64,000 nucleotides of DNA from an uncultured bacterium. GTDB taxonomy: Bacteria; Arandabacterota; Arandabacteria; Arandabacterales; Arandabacteraceae. Positions 18,901 to 26,624 of this stretch are shown in pieces. How positions within the stretch are numbered: the stretch's first letter is position 1; every line of letters begins with the position of its first letter. The stretch lies in assembly GCA_964598025.1 (NCBI GenBank), contig CAZRAU010000001.1:56201-120200 (forward strand), given 5' to 3'. Under the pieces are notes generated by a model. That model did no database searches and was not told the origin of the DNA. It saw nothing but the letters and a program-made list of their open reading frames with translations. A program made the position numbers and the translations under genes.

Positions 18901-19926
18901 GACGCGAACACGGCCTTCTTCCTGGCACCCGGGACCGTCGCGCCCCCCGGCTGGACTTCCGTGCTTGAGGCGGCCCTGACGGCTGACGGCGTGGGCTGTG
19001 TTCTGGCTGCGTCCAACAAGGGTCTTGGCGAGGACCTTGTAGAGCCGGGCTATCGCAAGCTCGGCAAGCCATTTGTCAGGTTTGCCGCCAAGCATGCGAA
19101 GGCATGGCAAGGCCGGATACAGAGTATAGAGATGGGCTTCCCGGCCGCCATGGCCATAAGCAAGGACGTCCTTCTCAAGTACGGTCTGAGCGATGAATTC
19201 AACACACCGGGAATCCTCCTCGATCTCCAACGGAAGCTGGCGGACGCCGGGCTGCGCATCGTCTGTGCGAAGGAGACCTACGTCCATGCCGCCGACTTCG
19301 CGACCGAGGAAGCCGCGAAGGAGATGGAGGCCGTCCTCCAGCTCCTCGCAGCCAGGAAGTGCTTGGGCGAGGAGAAGTCAGTGCAGTCGCTGGGGGCCCT
19401 TGACCAGGCTCTGGCCGCCAAAGACGACTATACGGAAGCCCTCTACGAGAGAGGTCTCGTGTTTTCGCTCATGGGCAAGAAGCGACAGGCGATCGCCGAT
19501 TTCGAGAGGGTGCTTGATCTCAAGCCGTCCGATTCGCGGGCCGTAAACAATCTTGGATGCCTCCACTTCGAGATGGGAGACCAGGCCGAAGGCGAACGCA
19601 GGTTCCGGGACGCGATCGGGGCCGATGCGGGCAACTGGGAAGCCAGGAAGAACCTGGCGGATCTGCTGCTCTGCCGGGGCGACTCGGACGAGGCCATCGA
19701 GATATATGCTTCACTGATTCAAGAACATGGAGAGCGGCCAGGAGTCTATGCATCCGTAGGGGAGGTCTTCGCCAACCTCGGAGATCTGGAATCCGCCGGG
19801 CACCTGTTTGAAATGGCGCTCCGGATCTTCCCTGAAGACGAAGCTGCCCGGCGAGGCCTCCTTGCGGTCCAATCGGCGATGTCGACCACGAACCAAGCAG
19901 GAAGGAGCCAAATCGATGAGGGATAA
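15964..19926 (+). CDS. 1321-aa multidomain glycosyltransferase: GT2 + GT-B (GT4-like) + GT2 + uncharacterised region + C-terminal TPR repeats
   Basis: ATGA start/stop overlap with the methyltransferase. GT2 module 1 (SILALNN...DTDLCFRARKAGW) covers about 15.97-16.63 kb. A GT-B/GT4-like module (VGNYKHDPNEDAV...GLKGKIGEALAAGIPIVTT) covers about 16.75-17.9 kb. GT2 module 2 (VGIVIPVFNN...FEDDDICLRARLAGY) covers about 18.0-18.6 kb. TPR repeats (AEYNERGLVF...) cover about 19.35-19.9 kb. Confidence 0.8.
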   Translation: MKQPTVISILALNNLALTKQCLESIFENTTAPYEVCVVNQASADGTREYLDSLEDKIDAVHLPKNVGFIGGNNLVMDRYPDRDIVLLNNDTLVEKGWLKALEGCAYSDSSIGIVGAKLVYPGGKLQEAGGEIFKDGSGRNIGKNDDPERHIYNVCRDVDYCSGACLFVKRVVLDKVGYLDEIFSPAYWEDTDLCFRARKAGWRVVYEPDSKVMHLEGATAGLPGRKSLSESLQQRNKPKFMARWGEELMSHRSNVFEVRPRYGKEQILVVLPFLPMYDRAAGEKRWFHTLKILTRHFDVTFLARNGAGQLKYINDLEKMGITVFHTDQSRLEPMGCSEKGPLRIDFPLLLKSNDFKAVIVGFYHMAHQYYRDIREHSPRSVLIVDSYDLCWIRQRRKADLTGEAGDIWEALEVKRREIAMYGKTDMVLTVTEEDRLRLLQELPGLSVGISTDIHPLTGECREGRGRDLVFVGNYKHDPNEDAVLHFAREIFPLIRDAIPGIRLYVVGNSPTPPVEALACDDIIVTGFVPEVTPYLLESRVFVVPLRYGAGLKGKIGEALAAGIPIVTTSIGAEGMNLLHRKNAMIGDTPEDFARCVVEAYTDDALWDTLSSEGKRLADESYSVRAVEKHWLEIIDFIRDGRKTREKPDRGAGTAGKRAGSPGRGFKRTTAPPEIVPDVGIVIPVFNNLDLTRTCWTSVRKSTGIPHQVVIVDNASTEDVAYEADQNNLEVIRNETNRGFAYACNQGIMHTHGDFVVILNNDTIVTPGWLERLMWHMGDDPDMGILGVTTNYAGSEQQIPATYETERQLYDFSEEIYRKNRHRRKETGKVVAVCVVLRRKMLRDVGLFDTRFGLGNFEDDDICLRARLAGYKVAFARDVFIHHAGSKTFQVLKLDYGRLMEENRRRYEAKWAPLAREFCRCDAGDMAETGPERSHLTCMDARQNECADHPEGGPIISLADIQISADETLAGHLVNRVRGLDANTAFFLAPGTVAPPGWTSVLEAALTADGVGCVLAASNKGLGEDLVEPGYRKLGKPFVRFAAKHAKAWQGRIQSIEMGFPAAMAISKDVLLKYGLSDEFNTPGILLDLQRKLADAGLRIVCAKETYVHAADFATEEAAKEMEAVLQLLAARKCLGEEKSVQSLGALDQALAAKDDYTEALYERGLVFSLMGKKRQAIADFERVLDLKPSDSRAVNNLGCLHFEMGDQAEGERRFRDAIGADAGNWEARKNLADLLLCRGDSDEAIEIYASLIQEHGERPGVYASVGEVFANLGDLESAGHLFEMALRIFPEDEAARRGLLAVQSAMSTTNQAGRSQIDEG

Positions 19927-21376
19927 GCCGACGCTTGCCGTGTGTATGATCGCTCGGAACGAGGGTAAGAGGCTTCCTACCGCCATAGACAGTGTCAGGA
20001 GGATAGCCGACCAGGTGATAGTCGTTGATACGGGTTCCACGGACGACACGATTGAGGCGGCGCGCTCCCTCGGGGCGGAAGTGGTCGAGTATGCCTGGAA
20101 AGACGACTTCGCCGATGCACGGAACAGGTCACTCGCAGAGGCCCGATGTGATTGGATCCTGTGTCTGGATGCCGACGAGTGGGTTGCACCGGAAAGCGAA
20201 TCCAAGGTGATTGAAGCCCTGTCGGAGGGGGCCGGCGCCTATATGGTACGAATCGAAAGCCGGGTCGATTCTACGGCAGGCAAGGTGTTCGTCAATTTCT
20301 TCCCCAGGCTTTTCCGTAACCTGGAAGGGGTCCGGTTCGAGGGGAAGGTCCATGAACAGGTCGCTCCATCACTCGAAGGCCTTGGTGTGTCGATTGAAGT
20401 CTCCGACATACTGATCAAGCATACGGGCTATGCCCTCTCGGACTCAGACCTTAAGGCGAAGGCCCGTAGAAACGCCGACCTGCTCCTGAAGGATGTGGAG
20501 GAGCATGCCGATGACGCGCTAGCCCTCTTCCACCTGGGCGAAGCCTTCTCAATGCTCGAGCACTTCGAGGAGGCAGTGGAATTTTATGACAGAGCGCTCG
20601 CGGCGGGTGGCCTCGACGGCATAGTCCGCGGTGCCCTGCTCCAGAACAAGGGCACGGCACTTGTGAAGCTCAAGGACTACGAAAAGGCGATCGTCTCGCT
20701 AAGGCAAGCCCGCGAGGTCGATCCCGGGTTGCTCACGGTCCACCTGGTTTTGGCATCGGCCCACTATGGCATGGGGAAGTTCAAGCGGGCGGAACAGGAG
20801 GTGATCTCCTATATCTCCATATGCCGTGAGATAGGACGGGTTAAGCGGATAACCCTCGGGCATGACCCCGACATTCCCAATGCCCTGGTCATGCTCGCCA
20901 GGTGCCGGCTTGCGCTGGGCCGGCTCGACGAGGCAAGGAAGGCTCTCGAGGATGCACTGAGCCTGGATGGGTCTAAGGGTGATGCCCACATGCTCCTGGG
21001 AAGGATAGCTTTTGAGGAGCTCAGGTTCGGCCGGGCGGCGGCCCACTTCGAGAAGGCGGTTGACGCCTATCCCGGCGGAGAGAGGCTTTACTTCGAGCTG
21101 GCCCGGGCATATGTGGCCTGTGGTTCCAACGACAAAGCGATCCGGACGCTGGACAGCGCGATAGAGAACGGAATGGAAGGGGCCGATCTTCTGAGGTGTC
21201 TCGGGGTCCTCAAGATAAAGCAGAAGGATTTCGAGGGTGCGATAGATGCCTATCGCCGGACGCTGGACGTCGATCCCGGCGATGCCGACTCGCGGAAGAA
21301 GCTCGCCGGACTGTATCATGCCCTGGGCAAGACCAATCTTGCGGAAGCAACCCTTGCCGGATGGTCGGGCCGGTGA
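19916..21376 (+). CDS. GT2-family glycosyltransferase with C-terminal TPR domain (GmaR-like architecture; putative flagellin glycosyltransferase)
   Basis: LAVCMIARNEGKRLP...VIVVDTGSTDDT...DWILCLDADE is GT2 with a DxD-like motif. The C-terminal ~250 aa are TPR repeats. An RBS AGGAAGGAG precedes it, and it overlaps the upstream gene by 11 nt. Confidence 0.8.
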   Translation: MRDKPTLAVCMIARNEGKRLPTAIDSVRRIADQVIVVDTGSTDDTIEAARSLGAEVVEYAWKDDFADARNRSLAEARCDWILCLDADEWVAPESESKVIEALSEGAGAYMVRIESRVDSTAGKVFVNFFPRLFRNLEGVRFEGKVHEQVAPSLEGLGVSIEVSDILIKHTGYALSDSDLKAKARRNADLLLKDVEEHADDALALFHLGEAFSMLEHFEEAVEFYDRALAAGGLDGIVRGALLQNKGTALVKLKDYEKAIVSLRQAREVDPGLLTVHLVLASAHYGMGKFKRAEQEVISYISICREIGRVKRITLGHDPDIPNALVMLARCRLALGRLDEARKALEDALSLDGSKGDAHMLLGRIAFEELRFGRAAAHFEKAVDAYPGGERLYFELARAYVACGSNDKAIRTLDSAIENGMEGADLLRCLGVLKIKQKDFEGAIDAYRRTLDVDPGDADSRKKLAGLYHALGKTNLAEATLAGWSGR

Positions 21377-21515
21377 AAACGGTCCGTCTGCCGCGCTATG
21401 CTTGTCCCCCGCCTCGCCATTCACCTGTGTAGTGGGAGCGCTACGAAACACAACGGTCTCTAAGTAGATGCAAGTCTCTGCAAGAGGAGGGTTTGGGGCA
21501 GGCTGGTTTTGCGGC

Positions 21516-21542
21516 TAAAGTAATTCGCAAACCTTGCGATAG
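21516..21542 (+). promoter_or_regulatory. sigma-28 (FliA)-type promoter candidate for the flagellin gene
   Basis: TAAAGT, then a 15-nt spacer, then GCGATAGG. The consensus is TAAA-N15-GCCGATAA. It lies about 215 nt upstream of the flagellin ATG, and the leader is rich in GGA/AGGAAG motifs. Confidence 0.5.
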
Positions 21543-21757
21543 GTCATACGGGAGTTGGATTAAAGGCCGTATAAGGGATCATCCTATGTGCAAAGAACCG
21601 TGGATCGAAAGGAGGTGGGTTCTTTACTTGCCTGCACCTACCTGGTGCGTATTCCGTCCATCTTCAGGAAGTAGAACCTTGGTGCCGGTCATGAAGGCCG
21701 GATCCCAAGCAGGCAAGGAAGCCCCGAGGTCAAGACGATCAAAAGGGGGTTGTTGAA

Positions 21758-22600
21758 ATGGCGAATGCCGACCTCAGTCGTATTAACGCAAACATTGGTG
21801 CGTTGAACGCTCTTAACGCGCTCCGCGACGTCAATCAGAAACTCGCCCTGCATCAGCTCAGGCTGGCGACGGGCAAGAAGATCAACTCGGCCGGCGATGA
21901 TCCGGCGGGTATGACCTTCGCAAAGAAGCTGGATTCCAGGGCGAGAGGCCTTGCCGTCGCCCGCGACAATATCGGCGACGTTCAGAATCTTATGGCGGTT
22001 GCCGAGGGCGGTATCGAGAACATCAGTGAGATTCTGATCACCATGAAGGAGAAGATCCTTCAGGCCGCCAACGATACCATCGGTACCTCCGAAAGAGCTG
22101 CCGTCGAGAGCCAGCTGGATGACCTGGCCGCCGAGATCGACCAGATCGTAGCCTCCACCACATGGGGCGGCGTTACGCTTCTGGATTCCACATACACCGG
22201 CAAGCAGTTCCAGGTCGGCGAGCAGACTACCGATACGCTGAGTTTCTCAATAAGCCAGAATCATCAGGCTGCTTCTCTCAGTGTTGCGGATGCGAATCTG
22301 GACGTGACTACCAGTGCGGCGGCATCGACTTCGCTGAGCAATGTCAATACGGCCATCGACACCATAAACACGAGCCTTCAGTCGATAGGTTCGGTGTCTT
22401 CACGGATGTCGATCAAAGAGGCCAATATCTCTGTCGCCATCACCAACGTGACCGCATCCTATAGCCGTATTTTCAATGCGGACATGGCGAGCGAACAGCT
22501 CGAGGCCACAAAGTACCTGGTCCTGCAGCAGACGGCTACGGCCATGCTTGCTCAGGCCAACCTTGCTCCTCAGAGCATACTGCAACTGATCACCGGTTAA
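21758..22600 (+). CDS. fliC: flagellin (short, 280 aa; Ser/Thr-rich central region)
   Basis: The N-terminus LRLATGKKINSAGDDPAGMTFAKKL and C-terminus EATKYLVLQQTATAMLAQANLAPQSILQLI are flagellin N and C helices. An SD AAAGGGGG precedes it. Confidence 0.9.
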   Translation: MANADLSRINANIGALNALNALRDVNQKLALHQLRLATGKKINSAGDDPAGMTFAKKLDSRARGLAVARDNIGDVQNLMAVAEGGIENISEILITMKEKILQAANDTIGTSERAAVESQLDDLAAEIDQIVASTTWGGVTLLDSTYTGKQFQVGEQTTDTLSFSISQNHQAASLSVADANLDVTTSAAASTSLSNVNTAIDTINTSLQSIGSVSSRMSIKEANISVAITNVTASYSRIFNADMASEQLEATKYLVLQQTATAMLAQANLAPQSILQLITG

Positions 22601-22639
22601 GTACTGCTGGTCTCGATTGGTCTGGTGCCTCTGGTGGTT

Positions 22640-22664
22640 GGTGCCCCTACTCTGTAGGGGCGCC
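22640..22664 (+). terminator. GC-rich hairpin downstream of flagellin (attenuator/terminator candidate; no U-tract)
   Basis: GGTGCCCCTAC-tct-GTAGGGGCGCC forms a 10-11 bp stem about 40 nt after the fliC stop. Confidence 0.35.
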
Positions 22665-22741
22665 AACCCCGCTTAAGGAACGTAGATCGTCCGGCGCCGT
22701 GACCCATAAGGGTTTGTGTACAAAACAGAAGGGAGCGCGGG

Positions 22742-23101
22742 GTGAACCAGAACGGAATCGATACTTACAGGACGAACCAGGTGTTGGGAGCCTCTCCCGG
22801 ACAGCTGGTTCTCTTGCTTTATGACCACGTAATCCGGTGCCTCAAGAACGAGGACATGCGGGGGGCCAGCAAAGGTCTGGTGGAACTCATGGGCTCCCTG
22901 GATCTTGATTACCAGGAGGTCTCAGGCAGGCTCTTCAGCCTCTACGAGTATTGTCTCGACATGGTGAAGAAGAGCGAATACGAACAGGCCTCGAAGATCC
23001 TGACTGAGATGAGACAAATGTGGGCTGCCGCCATCGGCAGGATGGCAAACCAGGAAGAAAACACCCTGAAAGACAAGGAGCCGCAGAATGTCGAGTCTTG
23101 A
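22742..23101 (+). CDS. fliS: flagellar export chaperone FliS
   Basis: YRTNQVLGASPGQLVLLLYDHVIRCL is a FliS signature. 119 aa. Confidence 0.85.
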   Translation: MNQNGIDTYRTNQVLGASPGQLVLLLYDHVIRCLKNEDMRGASKGLVELMGSLDLDYQEVSGRLFSLYEYCLDMVKKSEYEQASKILTEMRQMWAAAIGRMANQEENTLKDKEPQNVES

Positions 23102-24506
23102 CATCTCGTCGATAAGCCTCAACGATTATCTCACCCAGTCGCTTGCCTACCTGAGGCAGCCTATAACCAACCTCGAGTCCCAGAGATCGGAGCTCGAGGT
23201 GAAGAGCGCAGTCTTCACGGACCTGGCCGAGAAACTGTCCGCGCTCGAGGATGCGCTGGACCGGATGTCGGCTTCAGGTACGTCGTCACCTTTCAGATCG
23301 AAGTCGGTCACATTATCTGCCGAAGACCTGATTACAGCCACGGCGACGGGGGATGCGCAGGTGGGGTCTCACACGGTCTTCGTGACACAGGTTGCAAGAG
23401 CTCATGCGGTCGTATCGGGCAGATATGACCAGGCCGGGACCGTCTTAAGCCAGTCGCAGGCGGGGACCAAGTCGTTCTCGATCACAGTCGGTGGCGAAAC
23501 CTACGACATAAGTGTGGATATTTCGGACGGCGAAACCGACGCGACGGTTCTGGACCGCATAGCGTCGGCCATAAACGACGCTACCGACGGCGAGGTCATG
23601 GCCTCATATGTAATGGACACACCGGCTACGGGGAAGATATCCATCAGAAGCGCTTCCACCGGGACGGCGGGCAGCATGACCTTTACCGACACCGACGGGC
23701 TTCTCACGGCGCTCGGTGTCACCAATGCCACCGAAGCCACTGATGCCGTCGGGGGATATATCTATGCGGACCTTGGGGGCAACGAGCTCGATGCCAAGAT
23801 CACCATCGATGGCATCAATGTGATAAGCAGCGACAACGTGGTCGAGAACGTGATTGGCGGACTGACGTTTACGCTGCTCGCGGAGCAGGACCTGGGCGAT
23901 GCTCCGGTGACACTATCGGTTGCCGTGGATACCGAGGGCATCATGTCCGACGTGGAAGAGTTCCTGGACGCGTACAACGAAGTGTTCACCTATCTCAGAG
24001 AGAAGACCCGGGTCGATGGTGTTACCTATGAGAGAGGCGTCCTTGCCGGAGAGTTCCCCTATGTGTCGCTAAGGATCGGCATGCGTGGCAGTATGGGCAA
24101 CTATGTGAGTGGAGGCTCGGCGGGCTATAGTGCCCTGAGCCAGATCGGGATCACCTCCGACCGCAGCGGCAGTTTCTCCGTCACGGATTCCAGCCTTTTG
24201 GCCGAGGTAATAGCCTCGAACCCCCAAGCGCTGGAGAGCCTGTTTGCCGGGGAGGGCGGGATCGCTGCATCGCTGGCGGGTCTGATTTCGGGCTACACGG
24301 ACGCAGGTGGCACGATCTCCAGCAGCGAGGACGGCGTCAGTGCACGCCTGGATCTCATAGACAAGAGCATAGAAAGGCAGGAGAAGCACCTGGAGATAAG
24401 GGAGAAGACCCTGCGGGCGCAATACGCGGCGCTTCAGGAGGTCCTTTACAGCCTGGAGCAGACCAGTTCGCTGACCGACATGTTCTCAAGTCTGGTAGGA
24501 CTGTGA
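23088..24506 (+). CDS. fliD: flagellar filament cap protein FliD (hook-associated protein 2)
   Basis: N-terminal and C-terminal coiled-coil regions (C-terminus IEKQEKHLEIREKTLRAQYAALQEVL) are present. It overlaps the fliS end. 472 aa. Confidence 0.85.
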   Translation: MSSLDISSISLNDYLTQSLAYLRQPITNLESQRSELEVKSAVFTDLAEKLSALEDALDRMSASGTSSPFRSKSVTLSAEDLITATATGDAQVGSHTVFVTQVARAHAVVSGRYDQAGTVLSQSQAGTKSFSITVGGETYDISVDISDGETDATVLDRIASAINDATDGEVMASYVMDTPATGKISIRSASTGTAGSMTFTDTDGLLTALGVTNATEATDAVGGYIYADLGGNELDAKITIDGINVISSDNVVENVIGGLTFTLLAEQDLGDAPVTLSVAVDTEGIMSDVEEFLDAYNEVFTYLREKTRVDGVTYERGVLAGEFPYVSLRIGMRGSMGNYVSGGSAGYSALSQIGITSDRSGSFSVTDSSLLAEVIASNPQALESLFAGEGGIAASLAGLISGYTDAGGTISSSEDGVSARLDLIDKSIERQEKHLEIREKTLRAQYAALQEVLYSLEQTSSLTDMFSSLVGL

Positions 24507-24529
24507 GAACGTGAAAACCAAGGAGGCCT

Positions 24530-24844
24530 GTGCAATTGATCATTAACGGGGACCACAACGCCATACCTCCGGTTGGAAGCAAGACCGGCGACCCGGACCG
24601 GGGGCCCGCCAAGGCCCGGCGAGATACTCAGCCGAATGATGTTGTGGAGATATCAGGCCGGGCCAATGCGGCCACGCAATCCAACACCGGTAAGCCGGGT
24701 CCCGGCGGCGCCTATAGCGAGATGGGCGCGACTGTGAACCGGGTCCGCACGCAGTTACAAGAGAGAATAACAAGCGGTTTCTACGATAGCGAGGAAGTAC
24801 TCGGACGCATTGCGGGCAAGATGCTCGATCTATTCGGATTATAG
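24530..24844 (+). CDS. flgM: anti-sigma-28 factor FlgM (putative)
   Basis: A small protein about 100 aa long. The C-terminus (VNRVRTQLQERITSGFYDSEEVLGRIAGKMLDL) resembles the conserved sigma-28-binding helices of FlgM (...I..G.Y.vd...IA.k.l). An alternative TTG start at 24536 has better RBS spacing. Confidence 0.6.
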   Translation: MQLIINGDHNAIPPVGSKTGDPDRGPAKARRDTQPNDVVEISGRANAATQSNTGKPGPGGAYSEMGATVNRVRTQLQERITSGFYDSEEVLGRIAGKMLDLFGL

Positions 24845-24883
24845 TTTGCGCGATTTCAGATACCCGGGGAAGGCTGGACGATC

Positions 24884-25102
24884 TTGATACTGCTGACTCA
24901 ATTCAATGGCGATGAAGTCTATGTCAATCCGAACCTGATCGAGACCGTGGAGAGCAAGCCCGATACCGTGATCAGGCTTGCCAACGGCAGAAAGATCATA
25001 GTGCGGGAGTCGCGGGAAGATGTTGTTCGGAAGTTCACCGAATTCGCCGCCAAGGTCTCCGGATCTATTATCCAGGATAGCGAGGAACTCCAGTGGACGT
25101 AA
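24884..25102 (+). CDS. flbD: flagellar protein FlbD
   Basis: MILLTQFNGDEVYVNPNLIETVESKPDTVIRLANGRKIIVRES is FlbD-like. It lies immediately upstream of motA and overlaps it. Confidence 0.75.
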   Translation: MILLTQFNGDEVYVNPNLIETVESKPDTVIRLANGRKIIVRESREDVVRKFTEFAAKVSGSIIQDSEELQWT

Positions 25103-25875
25103 CAACGATCGTCGGAATAGTAGTGGGCGGCGGATTGCTCTTCCTGGCCATCTTCCAGGGTGGTGGTGTAGGAGTGTTCATCAACATGCCGGCGCTTATG
25201 ATCACGGCCGGGGGTACGCTTGCCGCAACGCTCATAAACTACCCTCTCGGTGATATGCTCAGAGTGGTCAAGGTCATCAAGAACGCCTTCCTTCACAAGA
25301 TGGAATCGCCCGAGCAGATGATAAAGGCACTGGTGACCTTCGCCGAGAAAGCCCGGCGTGAGGGGCTCCTGGCCCTGGAAAAGGATGCGTCGGCCATCGA
25401 AGATCCCTTTATGAAGGGAGGCCTTGAGATGGCAATAGACGGCCTCGATCCGGATCTGGTGACATCCATGCTCAGGATGGAGCTCACCTTCGTGAGCGAG
25501 AGGCACAAACGCGGTCAGGGCATGTTCAAGGCGATGGGCAAGTTCGCGCCCGCCTTCGGCATGATCGGCACCCTGATCGGGCTCATACAGATGTTGAGAT
25601 CCATCGAGGACCCATCGGCCATCGGCCCCGGCATGGCAGTGGCACTGATAACGACCTTCTACGGCACTCTGATCGCCAACCTGGTATGCATACCGCTGGC
25701 AGGCAAACTGGAGACGATATCCGAGCATGAAATCATGGTGAAGGAGCTCGTGATCGAGGGCATCAGATCGATCCAGTCGGGGGACAGCCCAAGGGTGGTG
25801 GACCGGAAGCTCAAATCGTTCCTTGCCCCAAAGATGAGGGAGAATCTTGAGACGATCAAAGCCGGAGCAAGCTGA
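25093..25875 (+). CDS. motA: flagellar stator protein MotA
   Basis: Four TM helices are predicted, and GMIGTLIGLIQML is a MotA/TolQ/ExbB motif. It has a GTG start. Confidence 0.9.
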   Translation: MDVTTIVGIVVGGGLLFLAIFQGGGVGVFINMPALMITAGGTLAATLINYPLGDMLRVVKVIKNAFLHKMESPEQMIKALVTFAEKARREGLLALEKDASAIEDPFMKGGLEMAIDGLDPDLVTSMLRMELTFVSERHKRGQGMFKAMGKFAPAFGMIGTLIGLIQMLRSIEDPSAIGPGMAVALITTFYGTLIANLVCIPLAGKLETISEHEIMVKELVIEGIRSIQSGDSPRVVDRKLKSFLAPKMRENLETIKAGAS

Positions 25876-26624
25876 TGCCGGTCACGATAAAGAAGAGGGA
25901 AGTGGAGGAAGGGGCCAGCTGGCTCACCACTTTCGGTGATATGATCACCCTGCTTTTCACGTTTTTCGTACTCGTCTATTCCTTCTGCTCATTCAACCCG
26001 GGCGAGTGGGAGACGACTTCAGGCTCCATAAAGGGGGCGTTGGGCGTCATACCCGGTACCAAAGGTGACCGCGTGATCCCCGGGGGCGGTTCCGGGGGCT
26101 TCCCCGGGCATCTCGGCGTCGTGCCGCTCTTCGGCGAGCCCTTTGTGTTCGAAGAGTCCTCACCCAAGAGACCGGCTGAGGAGTTTACCAGAATCCGCGA
26201 GAAGCTGGCGGAAACCGAGGGAATCGAGGTCGAGGAGACTGAGACGGGCTATCTGTTCAGGATTGCCACGCCCGTTCTGTTCGAAGTCGGGAGCGCGGAG
26301 ACCAAGCCTGCCGCGAGACCCTTCCTCAGGGCCATCGCGAAGGCTACATACCAGGCACCGGGCACCATTATTGTGACGGGACACACCTGCGATCTTCCCA
26401 TATCGACTGCGGACTTCGAGTCCAACTGGGAACTGTCTGCGCGCAGGGCCACACACGTCTTACGCGTAATCATGGCCGATGCCAGTCCCGATACCAGGTT
26501 CGTCGCACTGGCACGAGGACAGTACGACCCTCTGATACCCAACCGGAACGAGCTGTGCCGGGCCAGAAACAGAAGGGTGGAGATCAGATTCGACCTGGAG
26601 GGAGGCCTGCCGTTTGAGCCCTGA
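25875..26624 (+). CDS. motB: flagellar stator protein MotB (OmpA-like)
   Basis: The TM segment WLTTFGDMITLLFTFFVLV carries the conserved proton-binding Asp. The C-terminal OmpA peptidoglycan-binding domain is present (NWELSARRA...NRRVEI). Confidence 0.85.
   Translation: MPVTIKKREVEEGASWLTTFGDMITLLFTFFVLVYSFCSFNPGEWETTSGSIKGALGVIPGTKGDRVIPGGGSGGFPGHLGVVPLFGEPFVFEESSPKRPAEEFTRIREKLAETEGIEVEETETGYLFRIATPVLFEVGSAETKPAARPFLRAIAKATYQAPGTIIVTGHTCDLPISTADFESNWELSARRATHVLRVIMADASPDTRFVALARGQYDPLIPNRNELCRARNRRVEIRFDLEGGLPFEP

Noticed and set aside
17575-19287. 283-aa and 272-aa minus ORFs
   Set aside because: They are antisense to the well-supported 1321-aa glycosyltransferase.
20699-21451. 250-aa minus ORF
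   Set aside because: It is antisense to the GT2-TPR gene.
21493-21756. 87-aa plus ORF in the flagellin leader
   Set aside because: It has no RBS and Arg/Trp-rich composition. The region is better explained as the sigma-28 promoter and 5' UTR.
24919-25728. 269-aa minus ORF
   Set aside because: It is antisense to flbD and motA.
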